A DNA stretch of 32,000 nucleotides, from positions 1,650,001 to 1,682,000 of the forward strand of contig CP006868.1 of NCBI GenBank assembly GCA_025340205.1, written 5' to 3'. The translations under genes were made by a program, and so were the position numbers. Each line of letters begins with the position of its first letter. The first letter of the stretch is position 1. Under the pieces are notes generated by a model. The model did not search any database and was not told where the DNA came from. It worked only from the letters and a program-made list of their open reading frames with translations. This DNA is from Ignicoccus pacificus DSM 13166 (GTDB taxonomy: Archaea > Thermoproteota > Thermoprotei_A > Sulfolobales > Ignicoccaceae). Positions 15,409 to 25,222 of the stretch are shown piece by piece.

Positions 15409-16299
15409 TCAGTACCTAAATATACTCGATTGGGAGACTGTAACCATATATGGTTGAGGTGAGTGGAGTCCTTCGACGAGTATAGCACCTCCTTCTTTAT
15501 CCATGTAGTCTTGGACGGCAGTGAGGTAGTTGAACGCCATCGCTTGAAGATCCTTACTCATGAGTTTAGCAAATGGTAGTAACTTTGTAAGTTCTTTCGC
15601 ACTCATTGGTTGATCGTGAATGTCTACCTTATTTAATAAGTTGTCGAGAATTTGTGAGATAGCGTCTTCGCTAACTCTCCCTTCCAAGGATTCCAAAACA
15701 AGCTTTTCTATATAATTGAAATATTTGTTCGCTAATTCATACTCATAGTATATGCCAGATACGGAGAGGGCGTGCATTACTTGGGCCCTCCCGCCAATGC
15801 TCTCCTTAGGGGCAGAAGCCATCAGCTGCTCTACCAGATCTCTAAGTATTATCGCTTCCTTTGCTGAGGGAGGGGAACTGGGTATTAGGGGATCTATAGT
15901 ACCTATTATTCCCCAAGGAGGTAGGAGTACCTCATCTGAGAGTAAGAGAAGGAGAGCCCCCATTGAGAGGGCGGAATCCAGCAATAACGTCGTAACTTTG
16001 CGTATTCCCATAGACCTCAACCTTCTCATTAAATGTTCAGCAAATAGAACGGTGGTTCCTATAGTATTATATACGATAACGACCTCCTCGCAGCTCCGCG
16101 AGGACATTTCTCTATGAAGTGTTCTAATAATATATGAAACGTCGCGCGTGTGTGACATTAAGGCGTTTGGATACATGGATAAGTCCACGGAAGTATTTGA
16201 AACGGCGCTAATTACACAAGTGCCTTCAGGAAACTTACTGTTTATCATGTAGAGATATCGCTGCCTCGATGAGAATTGATGTGGGACGTACGAGCTCAA
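15409..16299 (-). CDS. ClpP/crotonase-fold serine protease homologue (SDH 'serine dehydrogenase proteinase' / S49-like family).
   Basis: VIVYNTIGTTVLFAEHLMRRLRS...LLLDSALSMGALLLLLSDEVLLPPWGIIGTIDPLI parallels the family pattern hTPGG...A-x-S-x-G-x-L-x-A-L-A-A-D-E-I-x-M...LGPIDPQ. The TPGG motif is degenerate here. Confidence 0.5.
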   Translation of the reverse strand: MSSYVPHQFSSRQRYLYMINSKFPEGTCVISAVSNTSVDLSMYPNALMSHTRDVSYIIRTLHREMSSRSCEEVVIVYNTIGTTVLFAEHLMRRLRSMGIRKVTTLLLDSALSMGALLLLLSDEVLLPPWGIIGTIDPLIPSSPPSAKEAIILRDLVEQLMASAPKESIGGRAQVMHALSVSGIYYEYELANKYFNYIEKLVLESLEGRVSEDAISQILDNLLNKVDIHDQPMSAKELTKLLPFAKLMSKDLQAMAFNYLTAVQDYMDKEGGAILVEGLHSPQPYMVTVSQSSIFRY

Positions 16300-16332
16300 C
16301 TCAGAGGCCCTCTCCGGGAGGCGTAGAGCGCA

Positions 16333-16836
16333 TTATAGAGATAACAACGCTCTCTCTTTACTGAACCTCTTGGTCGTTGCTATCAAGTAGGCAGAGCTAG
16401 CATGACGTCCAAAACCCTTCAGCTTAGTCTTCGAGGTATTATCCTCTGGAACTACATAGACCTTTACGTTTTGAGGCAACTCTATCATCTCCGAAGGAGC
16501 ACCGTTCCCTATTATTATCGCCTCGACAGCGAACTCGTTAAGGATTGAATTAACTATGCTAGTTGCATCTTCCTTAGGACCTTCCCAAAGGTATATTGGA
16601 TACTCGGCTGCGACGAGCGCCACGCCATACACCTTTCCCGGATCTATCCCAAGGTATAATTTTGGCGAATAACCCAACCGTCTTTCTAACAACTTCAATA
16701 TACAATCGCTTTCCGAAGTGCAGTTTACCGAGTAAGCGAAACGGAGGAGCTCACTTAGACCTAACTCGTTCAGCCTCCTTCTAATTTTATAGAGGAGGCG
16801 AGGGTTCACTAAGTTCCCCTGGCCTAGAAGGCACAA
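16333..16836 (-). CDS. Putative RNase H-fold (RuvC/YqgF-like) protein.
   Basis: LYLGIDPGKVYGVALVA (the G-I-D-P-G first-strand motif) and EAIIIGNGAPSE resemble the YqgF/RuvC fold. The TTG start lies 3 nt after the ndk stop. Motif-level evidence only. Confidence 0.35.
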   Translation of the reverse strand: MCLLGQGNLVNPRLLYKIRRRLNELGLSELLRFAYSVNCTSESDCILKLLERRLGYSPKLYLGIDPGKVYGVALVAAEYPIYLWEGPKEDATSIVNSILNEFAVEAIIIGNGAPSEMIELPQNVKVYVVPEDNTSKTKLKGFGRHASSAYLIATTKRFSKERALLSL

Positions 16837-16839
16837 AAG

Positions 16840-17286
16840 TTAATATATCGCATGGGCGAACTCGTAGTCCTCTACGAGTTCCTCTTTTTTGAAGAATATA
16901 CTCATTTCCCTCTCTACCTTCTCCGGCGAGTCGGTGGCATGGACTATGTTCCTGGCCTTACTTAAGGCAAAGTCACCTCTTATGCTGCCCGGCTCGGCCT
17001 CGGCTCCATCGGTGGCACCCACCATTCTCCTCACGACTTCAACAGCCCTCGGTCCCTCGACAACCATGACCACGACAGGTCCGGAGGTCACGTAGTTAAC
17101 TAAGTCATCAAAGAACGGCTTCCCCTCGTGCTCCTTGTAGAGCTCGATTGCTTGCTCTTTACTCATCTTTATCATCTTTAAGGCTCTTAGTTTCAAACCC
17201 TTATTCTCAAATCTTTTGATGATCTCTCCTACTAGTCCTCTCTTAACTCCATCTGGTTTTATCATTACGAACTCTAGCTGAGTCAT
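16840..17286 (-). CDS. ndk: Nucleoside diphosphate kinase.
   Basis: [40 protein letters not shown] and the NIVHATDS active-site His region. I chose the ATG at 17286 ([13 protein letters not shown]), which is preceded by AGGTGA. The track ORF extends to 17319. Confidence 0.9.
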   Translation of the reverse strand: MTQLEFVMIKPDGVKRGLVGEIIKRFENKGLKLRALKMIKMSKEQAIELYKEHEGKPFFDDLVNYVTSGPVVVMVVEGPRAVEVVRRMVGATDGAEAEPGSIRGDFALSKARNIVHATDSPEKVEREMSIFFKKEELVEDYEFAHAIY

Positions 17287-17291
17287 GGTGA

Positions 17292-17468
17292 TCACCTCAT
17301 TCCATACTTCTTGGTCCATGGTAACTTTCTGGGATCTCTCTTCATCTTGAAACTCTTAAAGCACTTGCTGCTGCAAAACCACAAGATGGTACCATCTACC
17401 TTTACGTACATCAGTCCAGTTCCTGGCTCTATTTCTTTGCCACAGAAGTGGCACGTCCTTACCGGCAT
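17292..17468 (-). CDS. rpl24e: 50S ribosomal protein L24e.
   Basis: [40 protein letters not shown] is the L24e zinc-ribbon consensus. The ATG at 17468 is preferred over the GTG at 17474. Confidence 0.9.
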   Translation of the reverse strand: MPVRTCHFCGKEIEPGTGLMYVKVDGTILWFCSSKCFKSFKMKRDPRKLPWTKKYGMR

Positions 17469-17586
17469 CTCCACATACCCCCGTGACGCCCCTCTGGAAT
17501 ACCTTTAAAGCAAAGCTTGAGAGTGAGCTGGGGTAGCGACTATGGTTGAGAAGATATATGTGGGCGAGTGGATAAACAAAATAAAC

Positions 17587-17802
17587 ATGACTGAGGAGAT
17601 AGGTTTCCCTGCTGAGGTCATCCAGATTATAGGTAGAACTGGTGTCACCGGAGAGATCACCCAAGTGAGGGTTAGGGTACTGGAAGGAAAGGATAAGGGA
17701 AGAATCCTCACGAGGAACGTTAAGGGACCGGTGAGGCTAGGAGACATACTCGTACTTAGGGAAACTGAGAGAGAGGCCAGAAAGCTCAGCGGAAGAAGGT
17801 AA
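17587..17802 (+). CDS. rps28e: 30S ribosomal protein S28e.
   Basis: [62 protein letters not shown] is near-consensus S28e. The ATG at 17587 gives the usual length of about 71 aa. ATATAT at 17554-17559 lies about 30 nt upstream. The track start at 17542 is possible. Confidence 0.9.
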   Translation: MTEEIGFPAEVIQIIGRTGVTGEITQVRVRVLEGKDKGRILTRNVKGPVRLGDILVLRETEREARKLSGRR

Positions 17803-17817
17803 AGCAGAAACGAGACC

Positions 17818-18699
17818 CTACCATTCAATTTCTGCTATTGCCTTCACCAATTCCATATCAAGTAATCCTCTCGTTACGGTCATACAAGCTTGACCGCGTC
17901 CCTTTTTCCATAGCAAATATGCTATACAGTCCAGCAACATATTGACTTCCAAGCTACCCCAGTCTATCCTCCTGTAAAGTCGTGTCATAAACAGTATAAC
18001 CAAGGTCTTTATCTTACGCGATGTTATATTGAGAACCTCATTTATCAACATTCTTCGTTCATTGGGATCAGCTATGGTTCTTGGGTTTACTTGGTTAATT
18101 ACAAAAGCCTTGGGAAGGAAACCCATTGTCACTTCTGCCACCTTTAATGTTCTTTCGATCTCTACAATGCTAGCCTGAGAGAGAAGCACGCTCTTCGCGT
18201 CCAAGGAAGAAATTACACACTTTAATATCGGTATATCAGCGAAGCTCGCAGCCGGCGTGTCCATGACTATCAAGTCGTAGTACTCCGATATAGTGAACAG
18301 AGTTTCGGCGACTTTCTTAGCAGCATACTCTATTCCGTGCTCTGCTATCTCGGCAGAGTACTTTATTGCAGACTCGATGGTTCCGGAGGGAATGACATGT
18401 AAATAACCGTTGTAGAGTGTATGTATGAATTTATCCAGTTCTCCACCGACTTCCAATACGTCATACCATCCCTTCAAGTTCCTAGCTTCCTCTCCTAGGA
18501 AGAACCTCGAGGCACCGTCTCTGAAGTCAGCGTCGATTAGCAAGACCCTCCTCTTAGCTTTGGCAGCAGCGCTTGCTGAGATCAATGCACTGGTCGTTGA
18601 CTTTCCTACGCCACCCTTAATACCCCACACAGTGATGATCCTGCTATTTCGTAAAAGAGGAGGACAACCAAAATCTCTCTTCCTAGATCTTAACGGCAC
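17818..18699 (-). CDS. Second MinD/ParA-family deviant Walker A ATPase, with no adjacent partner gene.
   Basis: IKGGVGKSTT, LLIDADFRDG and LIVMDTPA (Walker B). 293 aa with a C-terminal extension of about 90 aa. GTG start. Confidence 0.75.
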   Translation of the reverse strand: MPLRSRKRDFGCPPLLRNSRIITVWGIKGGVGKSTTSALISASAAAKAKRRVLLIDADFRDGASRFFLGEEARNLKGWYDVLEVGGELDKFIHTLYNGYLHVIPSGTIESAIKYSAEIAEHGIEYAAKKVAETLFTISEYYDLIVMDTPAASFADIPILKCVISSLDAKSVLLSQASIVEIERTLKVAEVTMGFLPKAFVINQVNPRTIADPNERRMLINEVLNITSRKIKTLVILFMTRLYRRIDWGSLEVNMLLDCIAYLLWKKGRGQACMTVTRGLLDMELVKAIAEIEW

Positions 18700-18782
18700 G
18701 ATAAAACCCCCACATGCTGTGATGTTGAAACTAAGAAGCTTTGTAGTCCGCTACGCATACGATCAACGGGTGACGTTAAACC

Positions 18783-20279
18783 TTGCCAGCAAGATTTGAC
18801 GGTATTCAAGAAACACTCGTGGAAGCATTGGTGGAATCAATCAGAGTAGCGGAAACCCGTCTACCCAAATGGGTTTATGAGAAGCTCTTGAGAGCTTACG
18901 AAGAGAATGATGGGGTAGCAAAGGCTCAGCTAGCCGCTATATTGAAGAACATAGAAATAGCGGCTAAGGAATCGAAGCCCATGTGTCAAGATACTGGCTT
19001 ACTAGTGTTCGACGTCAAGGTGGGTGAGAGGTTTCCACTATCTATTGAAGACATAAAGAGAGCGATAATCGAAGCATCAAGAAGGGCTACTGGAGAGGTC
19101 CCGATAAGACCAAACTCTATGGATCCTCTGAGCGGTTACAATCCCGGCGACAATACCGGGAAGGGCGTTCCAATAATACACATAGACTTAGTGCCCGGAG
19201 ATTATCTCGAGGTCAAGGTTAGACCTAAGGGAGGAGGAAGCGAGTATCCTACGAGGTTATGTATGATCCCTCCTTCTAAGGGGATTGCTGGAGTTCACGA
19301 GTGTCTACTAAGGACCGTTTACGAAGCTGCTGGAAAGCCATGTCCGCCCGGAATAGTGAGCGTTGCCTTCGGAGGAACGGTAGAGGAAGCCTTTAAGTTA
19401 GCTAAGAGTAACCTATATAGAGAAGGCAGACACGAAGAAGATAGGGTAAGGGAACTCGAGGAGAAGTGGCTCGATGAGATAAACCAACTTGGAATAGGAC
19501 CTATGGGTTTAGGAGGCAAGACCACAGCATTAGATCTCAAGGTGGATTACCTTTATCGTCATCCCGCCTCCTTCCCAGTAGCCGTCACATTTAACTGCTG
19601 GGCGGCTCGCGAAGCAGCCCTCAAGATGGATCCTAATGGTAACTGGAAGATAATAAGCGAAAATGTAAGGCCAGAGGACTTGAAGAAGATCGAGCTGGGA
19701 GGTGCAGATGGAATAGAGCTGAAGCTACCCGTATCTGAAGAAGACGTTAGGAAGCTGAAGGCGGGAGACGTAGTCTACCTTACCGGGACCATAGTCACTG
19801 CCAGAGACGAAGCTCATAAGAAGATATTGGAAGAAGGCGCTCCTATAGACCTTAGAGGCTTGGCAATATATCATTGTGGCCCTGTCGTAAAGAAGGAAGG
19901 TGACGAGTGGAAAGTTATAGCAGCTGGTCCCACCACAAGTGCCAGAATGAACGATCTTCAAGCTCAAGTACTGGAGAAAACGGGGGCCAAGCTAGTAATA
20001 GGAAAGGGAGGTATGAAGGATGAACTTCTCGAAGATTTCAAGAGATTGGGAGCAGCTTACTTGGCCTTTACCGGAGGCGCCGCCCTTCTAGCTGCCAAGG
20101 CTATAAAGAGGGTCAAGGAGGTGTACTGGCTTGACGAGCTCGGAATTCCCGAAGCCATGTGGGTGTTCGAGGTTGAACGCTTCGGTCCCCTAGTCGTAGC
20201 GATGGATAGTCACGGAAACAGCCTCTATAAAACTGTTCTAGAGAAGGCTAAGTCTAAGATGGAGGAGATGTTGAGGTGA
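18783..20279 (+). CDS. Class I (Fe-S) fumarate hydratase / tartrate dehydratase family, with alpha and beta domains fused.
   Basis: The N-terminal CQDTG motif of Fe-S hydro-lyases. The C-terminal beta-type domain has GPTTSARM and GKGGM. 498 aa. TTG start. Confidence 0.8.
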   Translation: MPARFDGIQETLVEALVESIRVAETRLPKWVYEKLLRAYEENDGVAKAQLAAILKNIEIAAKESKPMCQDTGLLVFDVKVGERFPLSIEDIKRAIIEASRRATGEVPIRPNSMDPLSGYNPGDNTGKGVPIIHIDLVPGDYLEVKVRPKGGGSEYPTRLCMIPPSKGIAGVHECLLRTVYEAAGKPCPPGIVSVAFGGTVEEAFKLAKSNLYREGRHEEDRVRELEEKWLDEINQLGIGPMGLGGKTTALDLKVDYLYRHPASFPVAVTFNCWAAREAALKMDPNGNWKIISENVRPEDLKKIELGGADGIELKLPVSEEDVRKLKAGDVVYLTGTIVTARDEAHKKILEEGAPIDLRGLAIYHCGPVVKKEGDEWKVIAAGPTTSARMNDLQAQVLEKTGAKLVIGKGGMKDELLEDFKRLGAAYLAFTGGAALLAAKAIKRVKEVYWLDELGIPEAMWVFEVERFGPLVVAMDSHGNSLYKTVLEKAKSKMEEMLR

Positions 20280-21322
20280 GGGACAGGATAGATGTAGAGC
20301 TTTTTGAACGGGTAGGCGTAATACCTCCACAAAGAATTCACATAAAAAACCATCCTTTAGGAACTCCTACCACGGCTTTCAATCCCGGACTTACATTTGA
20401 TGGTGAGAATTTCCATATATATCCAAGAATAGTCGCCGGTTACTACATGTACGTTTCTGCAATAGCCCATATAGAGGTACCTCTTTATGATATGGAATCC
20501 GGTATAGTGAATTTCTCTCACTATCCAGCAGATCTGGTTGTATGTCCCACAGGACCCTTCGATATCTGGGGCGCTGAGGATCCTAGGGTTAACTTCGTAG
20601 GGTCAAGAGAAGTTATGGTATATACTGGTAGGACCATTAACTACTTTGATCCTAGCAAGAGGTCATGGAGGACTTCTCCAATAATAGCAGTAAGAGATGG
20701 ATATGGGTTTAGAAAAATAGGGATGATGAGGAAAGATTTAGAAAACATAATATCAGACAAAGACGCCTTTGTTGTTGAAGCGGACGGCAGCGTGTATCTA
20801 TTCCATAGACCTCATGTAAATGTAAACGGAAAAGAGGAATTCTACATGAGTATATCTAAAATAGAGAATTGGGAAGAATTAAATGAGATCAGCGACGAAC
20901 CTTTGGGAAGCTGTGGAGGAGGTACGCCGAAGGAAATGAAGCTGAGTAAAGATATCTTTAAAATGTATCCGGCAAAGTGGGAGGAAAGAATAGGCTGGGG
21001 ACCGCCACCAATCGAGGTCGAACCTAACACGTTCTTAGCGTTGGTACATGCTATGGACGGGATAGATAAGGCATATAAAGCGTTCTTGCTAATGTTTAAG
21101 ATCAAAGGCGATACAGTTGAGGTAATAGGTGAAAGTCCTGGATATGTGCTGACGCCTACCTTAACGTACGAAATATATGGAGATAGACCGTTGGTCACCT
21201 TCCCCACAGGAATGGTATTAGTGGATGGAACAGTATACATAACCTATGGAGCAGCGGATGCGGTAATAGGGATAGCGAGAGCAGATCTAAGTGCACTAAT
21301 GGCTGTAATAAAATATTTATGA
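20276..21322 (+). CDS. GH130/DUF377-type glycosidase or glycoside phosphorylase homologue.
   Basis: [20 protein letters not shown] and WGAEDPRV...MVYTG match the beta-propeller GH130 pattern (NPg...R, G-x-EDPR). The GTG start overlaps the fumarase stop (GTGA). Confidence 0.6.
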   Translation: MRDRIDVELFERVGVIPPQRIHIKNHPLGTPTTAFNPGLTFDGENFHIYPRIVAGYYMYVSAIAHIEVPLYDMESGIVNFSHYPADLVVCPTGPFDIWGAEDPRVNFVGSREVMVYTGRTINYFDPSKRSWRTSPIIAVRDGYGFRKIGMMRKDLENIISDKDAFVVEADGSVYLFHRPHVNVNGKEEFYMSISKIENWEELNEISDEPLGSCGGGTPKEMKLSKDIFKMYPAKWEERIGWGPPPIEVEPNTFLALVHAMDGIDKAYKAFLLMFKIKGDTVEVIGESPGYVLTPTLTYEIYGDRPLVTFPTGMVLVDGTVYITYGAADAVIGIARADLSALMAVIKYL

Positions 21323-23000
21323 TAATGTATACAAGACGTAGCTATGCATTGCAGCGAACTCGAAGAAGAACAGCGCGTCCAGTGGGAACGTAGTCTTTAG
21401 TTTGTTCGCGCTGTAATCGTAGAGTAAGCTCACGTAGGGTTCAAGGCCTCTGCTAAGGGCTAGTGACAGCGCGTAAGAGGCAGTTAGCGAACTCTTCTTC
21501 AGTACGTTTTCTAGGCTTATCGAGTAGTTCGTGTGTAGCGTGTAACTGGCAGATGCTATAAAGTACATGCTGGCGGCCATCCTGAATATGGCTGGTTTAT
21601 CGCTAGCGATCTTGTATATCGCTATGGCGGTCTCTAAGTTCTTATCTACGGGTATGTTCATTGCCAGTAGGTAGCCTAGGATGCCGTTTGCTGAGGAGTA
21701 TAAGGCGTCAGCAGTCTTATTGAAGGTTATTTCACTTATCATCAATGAACGTGGGGCCGAGGGAACTACCTTGAGTAACTCTAGCCAAGTCCTCGTAGCT
21801 AGTGAATAATACTTGGAGTACACCAAGTAAGTTATCACATCATCGATGTTCGTGGAGTTGAGAGCGGCGTGGTAGTAGTAGTATGACTTAAGGGCTCTGC
21901 TCGCGGCAGTCATCAATACGTCCAACTTGTTAGGGTCGTATGTCATGTTACCCATGACGATTTTCATGCTCTCCTTGGAGTATTTTTGTGCCTCCGTTCC
22001 AAGAGTCAAGATAGCTTGGAATCCATGGAGTGTTACTTGATCTATCCAGTAGGCCTTCTCAGCATACAAGGCAGCGGTAAAGGCCATGTTAACCGCTTGA
22101 TACGGTTGAGTCTTTGAGAGCTTCAGCGCCTCATGGGCGAACTCGGAAGCCCTTTCGAGAAGGTTGACGCTTATGTCAGTCAACCCTCTGGTCTCGTACT
22201 TGTACTCTTCGTAGAGCTTCAGATAATAGTTTAGCCAGTTCTCCAACGTAGACTTCAGAGCAGCTGGAAGATCTTCAGCAACGAATGGTTTCGGTATCTT
22301 GGGCGGATTTGGTACCCAGTACTTGAGTGCGTCAAAGATCGTGGCTACTGGAATTACCTTTATCCCGAGCTTTTTGCCCTCTTCTATCAAGTTTACTTTA
22401 ATCTTCGAGATGCTCTGAATGACGCCGAAGGGGGTATTGACTTCCTTTACCTTTGACAAGAAGGTAACGTTCTCGCCAAATGGTATGAGGAAGTACTTAT
22501 ATCCTTTTTCGGCAGCTGCCTTCATCTTGGCATAAACTCCCACCTACGGGCCCTATTGTCGCGTCTGGGCTTATGGTACCCGTTCCAGCGACGTATGGCT
22601 TTGGTTTTTGGTGAGTAAGAGCACAATAGACGGCGACGGTCATGGGCATTCCGGCGCTAGGGCCTCCGACTATCACGCTTGGTGTCTTAAAGTGAAAGAA
22701 GAAGTCGTATTTAGTCCAGTCCTTGTGAGCCAACATCGAAGCAACAAGCACTGCTATCCTGGCAATTCCTTGCGTGTCAACTTCTGTCAGGGGTTCTGAG
22801 GAGACGTATATCTGTCCCTTTCCGGGATATGCTACGGTGACTTGAAGGGAGCCTACTACGCCCTTCTCTCCGAAGGGTGTCAAGGTGACGCCGACCACTG
22901 GTACCGTAACCGTAGTGACGTTACTGTAACATTTCGAGAAGGCAAACGATGGTGTGATTGCGAAGAATAGTGCTATCAACACTAGAGCAAATCTCCTCAT
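21317..23000 (-). pseudogene. Secreted Lon-type (S16) peptidase with a long helical C-terminal region, interrupted by a 1-nt frameshift near 22538-22546.
   Basis: The upstream ORF (22497-23000) has a signal/anchor peptide MRRFALVLIALFFAITPSFAFS and the Ser motif GGPSAGM, and ends ...TGTISPDATIGPVGG. The downstream ORF (21317-22543) begins VYAKMKAAAEKGYKYFLIP, which is the Lon Lys motif G-G-[VI]-x-x-K-x-x-A-A. Removing one base from GGTGGGAGTT restores IGPVGGVYAKMKAAA. Confidence 0.65.
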
Positions 23001-23041
23001 TTCCCTTACCCTGTGAGCGAAGGACAGATGGTACTAAAGAG

Positions 23042-24346
23042 TCAATAGTTCAAGATCGCTAGTACCATTTGTTTTAGATCGCATAAATCTTTAGCCAGAA
23101 GTCTGATCATCGCTTCCTTGCCATAATATCCTCTATCATATATGACGTCGGGAAGCCTTCCAGTTTTCTTTACGGCTTCCTCAACTACCCAACCCATCGT
23201 CTTAACTCCTCTTGGCTGTTTACTTCTATCTACTTCGACGACAAGATAACCAGCTTCTTTCAAGGCTTGGATGTTTTCTTTACTGTATCTAACATTCATA
23301 GCTACGTTTACCTCTCCGTATTTTCTAGCGGATAGAAGCAATCTAGCCATGTGGTCAGAGCCACCCCACCAAGGGCATTCTAATCTTCTCAAACCATTGG
23401 GCGTTAAGTGAAGTCTGCCTGGGACACCCATTACAGTGCCCACACTTCTACTAACCTCTTTGGGAACGGAGCACGCGACGTTGAGGCCTACTTCTGGTGC
23501 TATCTTCTTAGCTTTTTCATAAGGCAAGGATTCTAACCATTTAATGAACGCCCTATATCGTTCATGACACTCAAATCGCGCTATTGCAAGACGATGAGAA
23601 AACAGGGGATCGGGTACATAACCGCCTACATCCCTTGCGAATTTGTGAAGTAGACGCGTGAACCCTATTGCTTTCCTCGCAGCTATGAATGGATCTTCTC
23701 CTTTGGCTAAGAGGGCAGTAAGGGCGGAAGCTAGGGCGCTGCCAGAACCATGAAGGTTTATATTTACTTTGCTTCCGTGTAATAGAGCATAATTACCTTT
23801 ATAATATATCACATCGACCAATTTCGAGTCTCCTAGATGACCTCCCGTTAAGACCACTAGCTCTGGTCCCATCTCAGAAAGTCTTTGAGCGACACGAAGC
23901 ATATCATCCTCATCCTTTACCTTTACGTTAGTTAGGATTTCAGCTTCTGGAATGTTCGGCGTTACTGCAAACGCATGAGAAAGTAGATCTCTATACGCGT
24001 TAGGGTCTCCATCGAAGAGGGTCCCACCAACGCCGGCCTTTAAGACAGGATCAACTATGAGATGGTTGTTATTCTTTATAGAAAGATCTAGGATTGTCCT
24101 AAGGATTTCTTCGTTACAGAGTGCACCTGTTTTCCAGTATTTCAGCATTGTGTAAGGTTGTATCTGGCGAACTATGGTGGACACATCTAAGCATTGTCCA
24201 CCGTAATATTCAGTAGGTGTTTGATACGTGATCATAGTGGCGATAGGATGCACATGGACGTCAAACGCTTCGCCAACTTTAACATCCAGCTCTACGCCAG
24301 CACCACCGGAGGGATCGATGCCACCGATAGTCACCATCCTCCACAT
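23042..24346 (-). CDS. thiDN: Bifunctional ThiD (hydroxymethylpyrimidine/phosphomethylpyrimidine kinase) - ThiN (archaeal thiamine-phosphate synthase) fusion.
   Basis: N-terminal IGGIDPSGGAGV and ribokinase-fold motifs (GSGSALASAL). There is about 170 aa of extra C-terminal domain, as in archaeal ThiDN. 434 aa. Confidence 0.75.
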   Translation of the reverse strand: MWRMVTIGGIDPSGGAGVELDVKVGEAFDVHVHPIATMITYQTPTEYYGGQCLDVSTIVRQIQPYTMLKYWKTGALCNEEILRTILDLSIKNNNHLIVDPVLKAGVGGTLFDGDPNAYRDLLSHAFAVTPNIPEAEILTNVKVKDEDDMLRVAQRLSEMGPELVVLTGGHLGDSKLVDVIYYKGNYALLHGSKVNINLHGSGSALASALTALLAKGEDPFIAARKAIGFTRLLHKFARDVGGYVPDPLFSHRLAIARFECHERYRAFIKWLESLPYEKAKKIAPEVGLNVACSVPKEVSRSVGTVMGVPGRLHLTPNGLRRLECPWWGGSDHMARLLLSARKYGEVNVAMNVRYSKENIQALKEAGYLVVEVDRSKQPRGVKTMGWVVEEAVKKTGRLPDVIYDRGYYGKEAMIRLLAKDLCDLKQMVLAILNY

Positions 24347-24385
24347 AGGATCACAAGAGGCGTTGATAGGAGGTGTTAGTAAATC

Positions 24386-25222
24386 ATGCTATCGAAAAAG
24401 TATCCGATAAGAGGCACTAAAGTTTCATGGGGTAAAGAGAACCTTGTCGCGGTGGTGAGGGAGGAAGGCGGAGTCGCCCTCATCGATGTAGATAGTTCGC
24501 TTGTTAAGGTGATAGGGGGATTCTTGTCTTTCCAAGACGTTGCATGGAGCAAAAACAGGATAGCATGTGCTGCAAGAGCTATAGTGATGATATATGATCT
24601 TAACGGTGAGTTACATAAGGTAGTGAAGGTCGCTAGCGAGATCACGGCGTTAGGATCCTTAGAAATAGGATTTATCATAGGAACTGAAGAAGGAGAGCTA
24701 ATTATGATAGATGAAAACGGTAAGAAGATCTGGGAGAACAAGGTATGGGATGGTCGAATTGATCGAATAGAAAGAAGTAGTAGTGGATACATTCTTGTTA
24801 TAGCGAACAAATATACTCTCTTAGTAGTTAGTCCCGAGGGTAAGGTAATTACAACGAATAGCTATCGGTGGGATATGAGAAGAGTAGCTTGGAATAGTGA
24901 CATGAGCTTACTAGGGGTTCCAGAGAAAGGAATATTCATCATATACAAGTGGGTTGAGGGTCAAGGCTATGTAAAAGAGAAAATGATAAAAGAGGAAGTA
25001 AAGAAAGCTGCGTGGTGTAATGGAAAGCTAGGTCTGCTAGGTCATATGGGCTTCAGAATTTACGATGAAGAGGATAAGAACGATATACTCATTAGAATAG
25101 AAGGCGTAGACTTCGATTGGTCCCCCAACTGTAACGGCGTTTCAATATTAAGTAAAGATCATCTTTACGTAATCTCCGATTTGAACTCTACCGCAACCAG
25201 TATGTCATTAGGGTCCAAGTAG
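24386..25222 (+). CDS. Hypothetical beta-propeller-like repeat protein (PQQ/WD-like).
   Basis: Repeated beta-strand blades with patterns such as GELIMIDENGKKIWENKV and LLVVSPEGKVITTNSY. No signal peptide is obvious. The 3' end overlaps the convergent channel gene by 58 nt. Confidence 0.45.
   Translation: MLSKKYPIRGTKVSWGKENLVAVVREEGGVALIDVDSSLVKVIGGFLSFQDVAWSKNRIACAARAIVMIYDLNGELHKVVKVASEITALGSLEIGFIIGTEEGELIMIDENGKKIWENKVWDGRIDRIERSSSGYILVIANKYTLLVVSPEGKVITTNSYRWDMRRVAWNSDMSLLGVPEKGIFIIYKWVEGQGYVKEKMIKEEVKKAAWCNGKLGLLGHMGFRIYDEEDKNDILIRIEGVDFDWSPNCNGVSILSKDHLYVISDLNSTATSMSLGSK

Noticed and set aside
17504-17509. A palindromic TTTAAA that could serve as one shared TATA box for divergent rpl24e and rps28e.
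   Set aside because: It fits rpl24e (about 30-35 nt upstream). However, rps28e most likely starts at the ATG at 17587 with its own ATATAT element at 17554-17559. The symmetric shared-TATA idea depends on the less likely start at 17542.
25165-25222. Long convergent 3' overlaps: 58 nt between the beta-propeller gene and the K+ channel gene, and 57 nt at 10792-10848.
   Set aside because: Overlapping gene ends are common in compact archaeal genomes. Without transcript data there is nothing to indicate antisense regulation. I noted the second overlap under the Rossmann-like ORF finding instead.
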